Below, piece after piece: positions 22,401-33,125 of a stretch of DNA of 33,125 nt. This DNA comes from Octopus bimaculoides (lineage: Eukaryota), in contig NC_068983.1 in the NCBI RefSeq assembly GCF_001194135.2, forward strand, positions 90,606,265-90,639,389. The letters run 5' to 3'. Position numbers and translations under genes: made by a program. Each line of letters starts with the position of its first letter. Position 1 is the first letter of the stretch. The notes under the pieces were generated by a model. It worked only from the letters and a program-made list of their open reading frames with translations, made no database searches and had not been told where the DNA came from.

Positions 22401-23089
22401 ACATGTGGACAAACAAACAAAACGAATACAGCTTGAATAATGGACAGAGTCAACAACTATTGAAAAGGTTGCAAGATGCAACAAAACTTTTAGAAATATG
22501 ATAAGTAAATGAGTGGAAATTTTACCAGTGTTAAATTATAGGGTACCAAAAGAGAATAACTCTCCACAGACACAACAGAATATGCTTCAACACACTAACT
22601 CACATAAAGAATCTTGCAAACCAAATCCAAAAATGAAATTTGGAGAATATCTAACCTAAAACACTGCAAATATGTTCATGTGTGTTGACCTGATTACAAA
22701 CATTAATGTTTTATGACTGTCCTTTTCCCAGATTTTGGCCATCCTATCTGCTCCCCACATCTGCATCTAAGTGACCCCTTTCTCTATTCTTTCTATTCCT
22801 TCCTCTATTCTTTCTATTTCTTCCTCTATTCTTTCCTTCCTTCTCTTCACCTTATTGCAGTGTTCTGCTTTGTTATAACCAGAAATGGCTCTGATGAAAG
22901 TAGCATTAATTCTTTTAGGTGGTTCAGTTTTCTCAATTGATCAACAGACCAATTGAGTAAACCTATCAGTAATGTATCTATAATGACTACTGGAAACAGC
23001 AGTAAGCCAAATTTATTCTAATAAAGGAAAAATATGTAATGACCATTATTTACAAGCAGAGATTGCTTGGGATTAAAATGGCATAGTTT

Positions 23090-23150
23090 TTTATTCTTTT
23101 ACTTGTTTGTCATTTGACTGTGGCCATGCTGGAGCACTGCCTTTAGTTGA
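23090..23150 (-). mobile_element. SINE 3' tail fragment followed by a purine-rich SSR (23150-23300)
   Basis: cttttacttgtttgtcatttgactgtggccatgctggagcactgcctttagt is the reverse complement of the tail at 16655-16712. Confidence 0.75.
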
Positions 23151-23438
23151 ACAGAAAGAAAGGAAGCAAGAGGAAGAAAGAAAGAAAAGGGATAGAAAGA
23201 AGAAAACAAAGAAAGAAAAAGGAAGAAAGAAGGAAAGAAAGAAAGAAAGAAAGGAAAGAAGGCAGGAAGGAAGGAAAGAAGACAGACTGAAAGAGAAGAA
23301 CTATTACAGAGGCTAAGCAAGAAAAACAGAGAATGAGAAAAAGGAGAGAATCAGTTGAAAACTGTAGAAATGGATACATATTACACACACAGACACACAT
23401 ATAGACAGCCTTTGTTTTATAGATATAGATACCTTGTC

Positions 23439-23479
<41 letters not shown>

Positions 23480-23480
<1 letters not shown>

Positions 23481-23745
23481 CCCCTTCAGTCATGAATGAC
23501 CATAGGATTACCCCTCCAAGGCACAAGTCCAGGCAAGATTGTTTATGGAAGATCAGCAGTTGCCCAAGTATACTAGTTTTCCCTCTCCATGCCACCAATG
23601 TTATCCAAAAGAAAAGCAAGTGAACTGGATAAACGTGAAATAAAGCGTCTTGCTCAAGAACACAACATACAGCCTGGTCTAGGAATTGAAGTCACTACCT
23701 CATGATTGTGAGCCTGACGTGATAACCACTGAGCCATGCACATTC
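23480..23745 (-). mobile_element. tRNA-derived SINE (family 2)
   Basis: Reverse complement begins gcatggctcagtggttatcacgtcaggctcacaatcatgaggtagtgacttcaattcc (A and B box-like), then tgtgttcttgagcaagacgctttatttcac. Confidence 0.75.
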
Positions 23746-23806
23746 GCACGCGCGCACGCACGCACGCACACACACAAACACACATGCACACACACACATA
23801 CACGCG

Positions 23807-23848
<42 letters not shown>

Positions 23849-23989
23849 ATCAACAGTCCCAGCATCACTTTGAAAAGGAATTTTTAAAACAAGATTTCAT
23901 GGCTGGTGTTTTATTCTACTTGTATTTACATGTAGTTGTTGGGTGTCATTGATTAATTTTTTCATGTCATCATCACTCAGTTTGAAAAG

Positions 23990-25990
23990 ACAACATTTGA
24001 TGTCCAAATTAAAGCATTATGACAGTGAAAGCAGAAGGACAAACTGGCTCATAAAGCATGCAAAAAGTGCTGTTCTCAGCAAACCATGATTAAGTATGCA
24101 GACTTTCAAGCAAACACAAATACAAAACTTTGATGTGGGGCCAACTAGATATTGTACACAAGCCACAAACCACACAGAATTAAAAGTACCGGGAAACTAT
24201 TATTAAAACTCTATTGTTTGCTGTCCAACAAAACATAAACCATCAGGACATTGAGAGGACTACCATATTTGTGAAATTTGTATATCTTAGGTCAAAGGAT
24301 ATTCCTTGGCTAGGAGAAAAACTGAAAAGTCAGTTACAATACATATGAAGTGGACCTCACCTATTGCCCAAAATGCAATTCTTGATATAATGGCTGAAAT
24401 TGTTTTAAGCACATTAGTAAATGATGTGAAAAAGTGTTCAGGATATTCTGTTATCATTGATGAAACGTCAGACATCAACAGGATTGAGCAATACCTAATA
24501 TACGTCAGATTCATCCCTGAAGGAAAATTCATGAATTTTCATTGGTTTCATGTAATGCTTTCTACTGAAGGCAGTGTTTTATGAGTTGGTCAAAAATATA
24601 CTTGACAAAATTGTTGGAGAATGTATTAATAGTACAATGAATATGAATGATGTTCATAGATATTGGGCAACAAAAATAAAGAAGTATTCTCTGTTTCTCA
24701 TCTATGGCCATGATTACAGGTGCTTCTTAAATTTTGATAATAGATACTGAGCCACTTTGAAATACCTTAAGAACAACTAAATATATGTACAATTTTAAAG
24801 GCTAGTCCCAAATGCCATGCACCCTTATTTATCGAAGTGTAATTAGATGATATAGATATGAAGAGGTAAAAGCCATAGTAGTGATTACCTCATATATGGA
24901 CAGCAGGATATTATTAATTCTTGATTTTCACTTCTTTAAATTTTCACTTCTTTAAATTGGTAATGTTGCAAACAATACAATCAAATACAAACAATCTTAG
25001 AAAATACCTCCAGGGAAATACTGTAGATGTTATAACAGCTAGAACAGCTACAGCAACCTGGAAAACTCTTGCTGATCGCAAAAATAAAGAAAGAAAAAGG
25101 GAGCAAGAGTTCTATTGAGATAAAGGGGATCTTCCAAATTATAAGTAGGGTTTGTGAAGCAGTAATGAAAGTGCCACTGGTTCAAACTGTCAAAGACTGC
25201 CATAACATATCGACCTACTATTTAAGTTTGAATAAGATTAATGTAATCTTGATTTAATGCAATCATGATTTAATGGTAGTAACCAGTTTACAACACTACC
25301 ACTCACATTCTATGTTCAAAACTGGAAGGACATGAAGGAGAAATTTCAAAAGTAAATTCTTATAATTAGAATTTTTTTTTGCATAGGTTTGTCCTTGCAT
25401 AACAAAAGTAAGATGTGATGTTCATGCTTTTAACTAAAAGGTATTTTCAATGTAGGCAAATAAGTATTTTTCACAGTGACACATGACAAAAAAGTTATTG
25501 ATTTAATAGGCCCTAATGTATTATTATAATAATTTGTGTACTCAGTTATATAATCTTTAATCAAATGCTTCAGATGACTTAGATGAGCACTATTAACTTG
25601 TTTCATCACATTGTAATGTTGATCTAGATGTCTTAAAAGTGGGAAAAGCAATTTACACAAAATTTGCCACATATTATATGGTGCCATCAGGTTTACAGGC
25701 AACTACAGCCAGTGTTGTTGAAACTATTTACATGAATGGCCTTCATGACATGACCAGTTTTCAACAAAACTGCTGATATTTTGTAATAATTTCTGCTGCA
25801 TTGTGTTTACAGTAGACATCAAGGGGAAAAAAAGACACATCTAAGGAGTCAATTGGGTCAAATTCAACAAAAGGGTGTGACATTTCTAAATACTAGGGGC
25901 AAAGTACACTAGCATATCTTTTTGGCAAAAATGTTAACTAAATGATAGATATTTTTACCGCTAAGAAAGACAGCAAACAATACTCCTTTT
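23990..25990 (+). mobile_element. hAT-superfamily (ZMYM1/DUF4371-like) transposase fossil, interrupted by the DAW1 duplicate
   Basis: IIKTLLFAVQQNI, WTSPIAQNAILDIMAE...YSVIIDETSDINRIEQYLIYVRF and YLQG lie before the duplicate. VDLDVLKV, KTHLRSQLGQ and MIDIFTAKKDSK (hAT dimerisation-domain-like) lie after it. Confidence 0.72.
25286..25530 (+). repeat. Perfect 245-bp duplicate of the DAW1 exon 3' part, donor and intron start
   Basis: Base-for-base identical to 28286-28530 by line comparison; offset is exactly 3000 bp. Confidence 0.97.
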
Positions 25991-26520
25991 CAATTTCATA
26001 TTGTGTGGTTTGTCCTGTGTATCATCAACTGATAAAAAATACTTTTTATTGGGAATTAGTATTAGTTAATTTTATCAGTATAAAATTATGGGCAAATCTG
26101 CCTCTTTAAACAATGAATTCCATATGCCCTTGGAGGTGAATGTTCTGGAAAAAAAAAACCCCCAAATAAGCATAGAGTAAGAAAAGTGTAAAAAAAATTC
26201 ATTGAGCTATTAATTCTGCTAGAAACAAATGGAATCTCTCTCTGAGTAAAGAGAAGGTAATATGATACTTGTGAATGAAGTGCAAGGTAGCAAAAGAGGG
26301 TAACCTTGTTCTGCTGTATGTGTAATGTGTGATTGAACAGAACATAAGTGACAAGTGAAAAACTGAGTATAAGAGGAATCAAGCATGTAATATGCAAGAC
26401 TGTGTTGGTACAAACATGTGATGTTTATAGAAGATAGTTGTTGTTTAAAGGTCTACCAAGTATTCCATGTGGAAGGAACCCATGGAAGATGAAGGCCAAT
26501 AAAAACATAAGTTTTATATA

Positions 26521-26574
<54 letters not shown>

Positions 26575-26618
26575 TGCGTATACAGTATTATAGATTTATT
26601 TCAGCTGATTTTCAACAA

Positions 26619-26880
26619 TCATTATTTACATTATTTACATTCGATGGATATATGTCATCTTGTTTGTTGTTAACACAACGTTTTGGCTGATATACCCTCC
26701 AACCTTCTTCAGGTGTCTTTGGGAAATTTTGAACCTAGGTTTTCATTCCTAAGGTATTTTTCGATGTTGTTGTTGTTATTATTATTGTTGTTGTTGTTAT
26801 TGTTCAGGTCACTGCTTGGAATCAAACTCGGAATCTTGGGGTTAGTAGCCCGCACTCTTAACCACTACACCATACACCAT
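26619..26880 (-). mobile_element. tRNA-derived SINE (family 3) with a hammerhead-like 3' domain and (AATGTAAAT)n tail
   Basis: Minus strand: A box tggtgtagtgg (26872-26862), anticodon-like arm gggctactaaccc, B box gtttgattcc (26827-26818), an (AAC/AAT)n spacer, the hammerhead fold, and a tandem tail at 26621-26641. Confidence 0.8.
26672..26717 (-). ncRNA. Minimal type I hammerhead ribozyme motif (Penelope-like, dimer type), probably inactivated by G12A
   Basis: GACAC-CUGAAGA-A-GGUUG[gagggtatat]CAGCC-AAAA-CG-UU-GUGUU. Stem I is GACAC/GUGUU, stem II is 5 bp, stem III is the palindrome ACGU. GAAA reads AAAA in this copy. Confidence 0.6.
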
Positions 26881-27093
26881 ACACAAATATTTGCTAAGTT
26901 GAAGACTAGATACTACCCCATATTTATTTAAATATTTATNNNNNNNNNNNNNNNNNNNNNNNNNNNNNNNNNNNNNNNNNNNNNNNNNNNNNNNNNNNNN
27001 NNNNNNNNNNNNNNNNNNNNNNNNNNNNNNNNNNNNNNNNNNNNNNNNNNNNNNNNNNNNNNNNNNNNNNNNNNNNNNNNNNNNNNNNNNNNN

Positions 27094-27127
<34 letters not shown>

Positions 27128-27455
27128 ACATATATATGCATATATGTATATAAATAATGGATGGTAAAATGCTAGTTTAAATGTGATATAGACAGTTACC
27201 AGGAGAGATCAGTATCTTAAATTTCAGCTGAAGAGAATGCAATGACTTTGCTGCACAGAGATATCAAAATCTGTACTCGTTGATATTTTGCTTTCATTTT
27301 ATGTATACATGCAATATTGCTCAGTATTGCACCTGCTTTCATAATATGCATTGTTGCATCAACCATTCATTGAATCATTTGAAACAGCTGTAAAGGTAAG
27401 ATTTGATTACATCATGTAAATTGTATATGCAGCATTTCATGTGTGTGTGTGTATG

Positions 27456-27509
<54 letters not shown>

Positions 27510-27514
<5 letters not shown>

Positions 27515-28050
27515 CATCATCACCATTTAATGTCCATTTTCCATGCTGGCACGGATTGGATGGTTTGACCATACTGGAATAGTTTGGATGGTTCAAACTA
27601 GAGAGCTGCACCGGGCTCCAGTCTGATTTGGTATGAACTCTACAGCTGGATGCCCTTCTTAATGCCAACCACTTTACAGAGTGTGCTGGGTACTTTTATG
27701 TGGCACCAGCACAGGACTTTGCAGGTCAATCCTCTTCACCAGGGGTGGGGGGACAAACCTTATCATTTCTGCTGTGGAGCACGGATCTTCTTCAGTACAG
27801 CAGAGTGCCAGGCATCTTGATCTTTGTCATTTTTCATGAAAGATTCAGCGTCTTGTGGTTGTCCTTCACTATTTCATCCCATGTCTTCCTGGGCCACCTC
27901 TACACATTCCATCTACTTTGAGAGATCGGCACTTTTTTATGAAGCTAACGGCATCCATCTTCATCACATGACCAAACCAGTACATTCTTCTCTCTTGCAC
28001 ACAGCATCTAATTCCTCTTATGCCTAACTTCTCTCTCAATACATTCTTCA
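27510..28050 (-). mobile_element. RTE-type LINE 3' fragment
   Basis: Minus-strand ORF LREKLGIRGIRCCVQERRMYWFGHVMKMD...KKCRSLKVDG, then the shared 3' UTR and gat tail at ~27512-27525. Confidence 0.85.
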
Positions 28051-28178
28051 TGCCTGCTATTGTTTGTCTTTCTCTCCCCCTCTCTCTCTATATATATAGA
28101 TAAAGATAGATAGATAGACAGACAGATATGTGTGTGTGTATAAATGTTCTATATTTTTCCTCTTTTTATTTTCTCCAG

Positions 28179-28351
28179 GAAAATGTATTGGAACGTTCCG
28201 TGGTCACAAGGACGAAGTTCTAGATGTTGGCTTTGACCTGGCTGGTCAATATTTATTGACTGCCTCTGCTGATGGCACTGCTCGTGTTTACAACACTACC
28301 ACTCACATTCTATGTTCAAAACTGGAAGGACATGAAGGAGAAATTTCAAAA
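28179..28351 (+). CDS. DAW1: Internal coding exon of DAW1 (WD40 repeats)
   Basis: Long polypyrimidine tract with ctccag ending 28178, donor gtaaat at 28352. Translates GA+[57 protein letters not shown] (173 bp, phase 1 to 0). Matches recalled DAW1 TASADGTAR...[11 protein letters not shown]. The three exons total 402 bp = 134 codons without a stop. Confidence 0.95.
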
Positions 28352-28699
28352 GTAAATTCTTATAATTAGAATTTTTTTTTGCATAGGTTTGTCCTTGCAT
28401 AACAAAAGTAAGATGTGATGTTCATGCTTTTAACTAAAAGGTATTTTCAATGTAGGCAAATAAGTATTTTTCACAGTGACACATGACAAAAAAGTTATTG
28501 ATTTAATAGGCCCTAATGTATTATTATAATTATTTTATTACTTTAATGATCTCAGAGAAATGGAAGACAACATTGATTCCTGTAAGATGTGAAACTAAAT
28601 ACTTCTGAAACAATAACAATGATAACAATTTACTCTTTGGGAGAGGCTTGATTATCTCAATGCTACATTTCCATATTTTTTGTTAAATTTGAAGCAGAT

Positions 28700-30659
28700 A
28701 GGATGGCCATGGAAAAAGCTTTTGACAGGGTCCCCTGTTCCCTTATCTGGTGGTAAATGAGGAAACTAGGGATAGATGAATGGTTAGTGAGAGCTGTGCG
28801 TGCCATGTACAGGGACGCTGTCAGTAAGGTGAGGGTTGGCAACGAGTATAGCGAAGAATTCCGGGTAGAGGTAGGGGGTCCACCAAGGTTCAGTCCTCAG
28901 CCCCCTCCTATTTAACATAGTCCTCCAGGCAATAACAGAGGAATACAAGACAAGATGCCCCTGGGAGCTCTTCTATGCTGATGACCTTGCACTAATTGCT
29001 GAGTTACTATCAGAAATAGAGCAGTTTCAGGTGTTGAAGCAAGGACTAGAATCAAAGGGCCTTAGAATCAACCTAGCTAAAACCAAAGTCCTAATAAGTA
29101 GGAAGGTAGACAAAACACAAACCCCTACAGGTAGATGGCCCTGCTCGATATGTAGAAAAGGCATAGGTAGAAACTCTATAAGATGTACCCAGTGTAAGCT
29201 ATGGACACATAAGAGGTGTAGCAATATCAAAGGAAGGCTAACTAGGAAGATAGTTTTTGTATGTGTCAGATGTTCAGGAGCAATAAACACTGAAAATGTG
29301 CAGAAAACAACTTTTGCTACATTCCAGGGAGAAAAACTAGAAGTAGTTGATAGCTTCCATTATCTAGGTGACCAAGTTAGTAGNNNNNNNNNNNNNNNNN
29401 NNNNNNNNNNNNNNNNNNNNNNNNNNNNNNNNNNNNNNNNNNNNNNNNNNNNNNNNNNNNNNNNNNNNNNNNNNNNNNNNNNNNNNNNNNNNNNNNNNNN
29501 NNNNNNNNNNNNNNNNNNNNNNNNNNNNNNNNNNNNNNNNNNNNNNNNNNNNNNNNNNNNNNNNNNNNNNNNNNNNNNNNNNNNNNNNNNNNNNNNNNNN
29601 NNNNNNNNNNNNNNNNNNNNNNNNNNNNNNNNNNNNNNNNNNNNNNNNNNNNNNNNNNNNNNNNNNNNNNNNNNNNNNNNNNNNNNNNNNNNNNNNNNNN
29701 NNNNNNNNNNNNNNNNNNNNNNNACCTAAGAAGCATCAGTTGTGGTGTGCAAGAGAGACGATTGCGCTGGTATGGTCATGTGGCGAGAATGGATGAGGAT
29801 AGCTGTGTGAAAAAGTGCCACACCCTAGCAGTTGAGGGAACCTGTGGAAGAGGTAGACCCAGGAAGACCTAGGATGAGGTGATGAAGCACGACCTTTGAA
29901 CATTAGGCCTCACCGAGGCAATGACTTCTGACCGAGACCTTTGGAAATATGCAGTGCGTGAGAAGACCCTGCAAGCCAAGTGAGACCACAATCCGAGGCT
30001 TCTGCCAAGAGTGTAGCCAGCCCACTTATGCATACCTTTCCTTCATTGGACACTAAACTCTGCTTGCGAAGACCTGTTGAGACAAGTGAAATCGAAATCA
30101 AGCCAAATTCGACGACTAGCACCCATGCCAACCTCTCTTTCATTGGACACTAAACTCGACTTGCGAAGACCTGTTGGGTCAAGTGAAATCAAAATCATAA
30201 TTGAACCAATTTCAATGACTGGCACCTGTGCCAGTGGAGCACCATCCAAGCATGATCATTGCCAGAGCAGCTGTCTGGCTTCTATGCTGGTGGCACATAA
30301 ATAGCACCATTTGAGTGTGATCATTACCAGCGTCACCTTACTGGCACTTAGGCCAGTGGCACCTGAAAAAACATTTGAGCGAGGTTGTTGCCAGTGCCGC
30401 TGGACTGGCTGCTGTGCAGGTGGCACGTAAAAAATACCTTTTGGGGTGTAGCTGTTTCCAGTACCGCCTGACTAGCCCTTATGCCGGTGGCATGTAAAAG
30501 TACCCACTACACTCAGAGTGGTTGGCATTAGGGAGGGCATCCAGCTGTAGAAACTCTGCCAGATCAGATTGGAGCTTGGTGCAGCCATCTGATTCACCAG
30601 TCCTCAGTCAAATCATCCAACCCATGCTAGCACGGAAGGTGGACGTTAAACGATGATGG

Positions 30660-30717
<58 letters not shown>
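28700..30717 (+). mobile_element. 5'-truncated RTE-type LINE (RT with embedded PHD-like finger, long 3' UTR, (GAT)n tail)
   Basis: MEKAFDRVP, VHQGSVLSPLLF, FYADDLALIAE, GLRINLAKTKVL, FHYLGD, RLRWYGHV and RGRPRKT. A ~55-bp direct repeat occurs at ~30042 and ~30141. The (GAT)n tail spans 30652-30717. There is a gap at 29384-29723. Confidence 0.92.
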
Positions 30718-30718
<1 letters not shown>

Positions 30719-31597
30719 AAAATACATTTAGCTTAAATATAAAGAGATTTGGGGTTAAAAGAACGCAGACACACTTGTTCCACTACTGCTAAAACTTTTC
30801 TGTTGCCAGTTTTTAACAACTTCTATTAATTTGTAATAAACTCTATATGTAGGTATAGATTCAACTAAATGCTGGAAAGACAATTCAGATTTATCCTTAG
30901 AAGCTTAACAAATAAATTATATTACTTATATTTGATTTCATTTAACCTTGCTATATAGGAATTTTTTTTAAGTGAAACTCAAATTTGTTACAAGATGATA
31001 TCTTATATCTTCAAACTGTGGCATTAAGTCCAGTTGTTTTCTGACCATTTCTAGTGCCGCTAAAATGTGATCTTTAATTAGTTTTGAATGTACATTTATA
31101 TTGCCAAACTCTTATTCAACAAGATTAAATATATATTAATATATGTGTGGTTGGTTTACCATTTTGAGTTATTTTACGCTGATTTTATTGTTTCTAGTTA
31201 AATGTAGATATTTCATAGCTTGTGTCTTAAGGTGTTTCCATTTTAGATCAAGAACATACTGTCTTTACTTATCAATGTAACAAAGAACAATTGAATGAAC
31301 TGTATGATAGATAAAAAAAATTCAAGACTTTACGTACTACACCTGGAAATAGTCAGCTTATCAAACTCCATCCCAAAAGTGGTTAAACTCAGCATTTTTT
31401 TTAATGCATTAGTCAAAGGAGGGGTAGCATGTTCACAGTGATGAAATTAAAGCAGTTAATGTTTACTATGGGCTTCTGTAGATTGACAGCCATAGGGAAA
31501 ACAGAATGGAATTTTTGTGCAATCTCTGAAAATGTCAGAAATACCAACAAAATCTCCCTCATATCATATTCTAGCACTTTAATGAAGAATGGGCACA

Positions 31598-31800
31598 TCT
31601 ATAATAATAAATGCAAAATTCTGTCTGTCTGTCCGGGGCCCCTGTATCTCAGTCTACATTTGCTCTACATAGACATATTATACCTTTTTGGAATCAAGAT
31701 GATTCTGGGATTGAAAATTTTCCCTTCATTTGGTTCTTGAACCTCCAAATTGGGATCAAGTCTGGATGAGGATTTGATATATGCTAACAATTGAAAATTC
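31598..31800 (+). mobile_element. Possible Helitron-like non-autonomous element, 5' end (3' end not found)
   Basis: A|TCTATAATAATAAATGCAAAATTCTGTCTGTCTGTC resembles Helitron 5' ends; no matching hairpin-CTAG|T end located. The end coordinate is arbitrary. Confidence 0.35.
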
Positions 31801-32131
31801 AAATTTTAAAAGAACTCCAAAAATTTGTGAACTTACACATTTTCATTTATACTGAATTTAAAGAAATGCCATATTCGTAGGGTAATACCATATCTGTAGG
31901 ATACCAATATATGCTTTCGGCTGCAGGTCCAATTAGCCCTCCGTAGGTGCTAGCTTAAAATCTTTATGGAGTGTGGCTTTTAAGCTGGTAAGATTGAGAA
32001 AAGAACCTTTTTAGAAAGTCAAAAGACATTAACCATTGAGAAGAGATTTTACAAAATGTGTGTAGGCTTTGCTTCTATAAATATGCAAGCGCTTTCAGTT
32101 CTTAACATTTTCAAGTACATATTATTATATA

Positions 32132-32300
32132 CTAGCAGAGATACCCGGCGTTGCCCGTGTTACATGCAATTGAAGGATGAGACACATATATACATGCATA
32201 CANNNNNNNNNNCATGTGTTAATTTCAAATGAAATTGGTTGTGTAGTTCTCGAGTTTTATGGATTCACACAGACACATATTCTCATCTTTATGTATCTGA
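32132..32300 (-). mobile_element. Small non-autonomous Helitron-like element
   Basis: Minus strand reads A|TCAGATACATAAAGATGAGAATATGTGTCTGTGTG ... CGGGCAACGCCGGGTATCTCTGCTAG|T: TC start, GC hairpin near a CTAG end, and an A/T target. Confidence 0.6.
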
Positions 32301-33125
32301 TATTTATGTGCATATTTGAAAATTCTAGTGTTATGGACCCTGTAAAAAGGATTTTGCTCATGAAGAATGGAGCTCTTGGAGCTGAAAAATGTAGGAGTTA
32401 AGGCCCCTATTGGGGGTGGGTGTGTTAATGTCAACCAGAGAAGTTGAATTGTTGGGAATGTTTTTAACTTGGGTGTAATATGTATTGTTTGAATTTCTTT
32501 GAAATAGGAAATATATGTATGTTCACCGGGTTTGTAAAAGAGAGTAAAGCTACAGGAAACCAAAAGATGAATGATCACGATAATCAGTTGGCTACCCGAG
32601 CATAGTCGTTATTACTCCCCAATGTAGGATTCTTCACCATACAGGTGACAGGCACAGCTGTAAGATGCATTACGGATCTATAGCAACTGGAAGGGCATGA
32701 CCCAATTCAAATAAGAACGTGTGACGTGTGGAGTAAAGGGAAAGGAAAGTGTCGCCTCTGGAGTTTGCAAATGACCAGTATACCAATAGGTAACTGTAGA
32801 AAAAATTTACAATCAATAAATGTCTTAGAACAACCAGTCACTCATCTGTGAAGGCCTTGAAATCAATGTTACCAACTGGGGACTATGTGTGACTCAGTGA
32901 TAATAAAAAGACTCAAAGGAGGTCTGCAGCGAAATAATTTTACTCAACACTTTGCAAGTGAATCAGTGGAGGCAAAGATGCGTCTCATTTACTTGACAAT
33001 CTATGCATCACATTGCAGAAATCACAATGTAAGTATATCTGAAAGGATACTCTTACACTGTTGTACCGTTGAATTACAAATAATGCTCATCTGTTATGTT
33101 CGGGTGACCCTATAGGTTCCAATAG

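Noticed and set aside
22713-23010. Possible extra DAW1 exon or opposite-strand exon after a pyrimidine tract
   Set aside because: No WD40 similarity in any frame, and the flanking DAW1 exons already join without missing residues.
28130-28369. ORF-track call as a standalone 79-aa protein
   Set aside because: Only 28179-28351 is exon; the ends are the polypyrimidine tract and intron read-through.
31425-31485. HVHSDEIKAV resembling the downstream DAW1 motif GHTDEIF
   Set aside because: No preceding Gly or acceptor, a stop follows shortly and the rest does not match. The next DAW1 exon appears to lie beyond the window.
32560-33125. Less AT-rich unique-looking stretch containing a 76-aa ORF (32885-33115)
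   Set aside because: No recognisable motif, splice signals or repeat structure. It is left unannotated; a BLASTx/Dfam search would be needed.

Overview
Repeat-saturated, AT-rich eukaryotic intronic DNA from a gapped draft assembly. The SINE/LINE repertoire and microsatellite load suggest an Octopus-type cephalopod (inference). The only host gene is a + strand WD40 gene matching DAW1 (WDR69/ODA16, outer dynein arm assembly factor). Three internal exons (5969-6075, 12263-12384, 28179-28351) splice in frame to 134 codons. The rest is mostly nested, decayed transposons: two Penelope-like elements with inverted terminal duplications, a Sola2-type DNA transposon with ~440-bp TIRs, four mariner copies from two families, two maT/DD37D-like Tc1 derivatives (one a fold-back), a hAT fossil, RTE-type LINE pieces, several tRNA-derived SINEs and small Helitron-like elements. 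The two best leads are (1) a tRNA-headed SINE carrying a Penelope-type minimal hammerhead ribozyme fold (26672-26717, minus strand) and (2) a 245-bp perfect copy of a DAW1 exon end plus donor, lying inside the hAT fossil exactly 3000 bp upstream of its source, which creates a potential in-frame mini-exon. Family names rest on motifs recalled from knowledge, not database searches, and TE boundaries are approximate unless a TIR or target-site duplication (TSD) is given.
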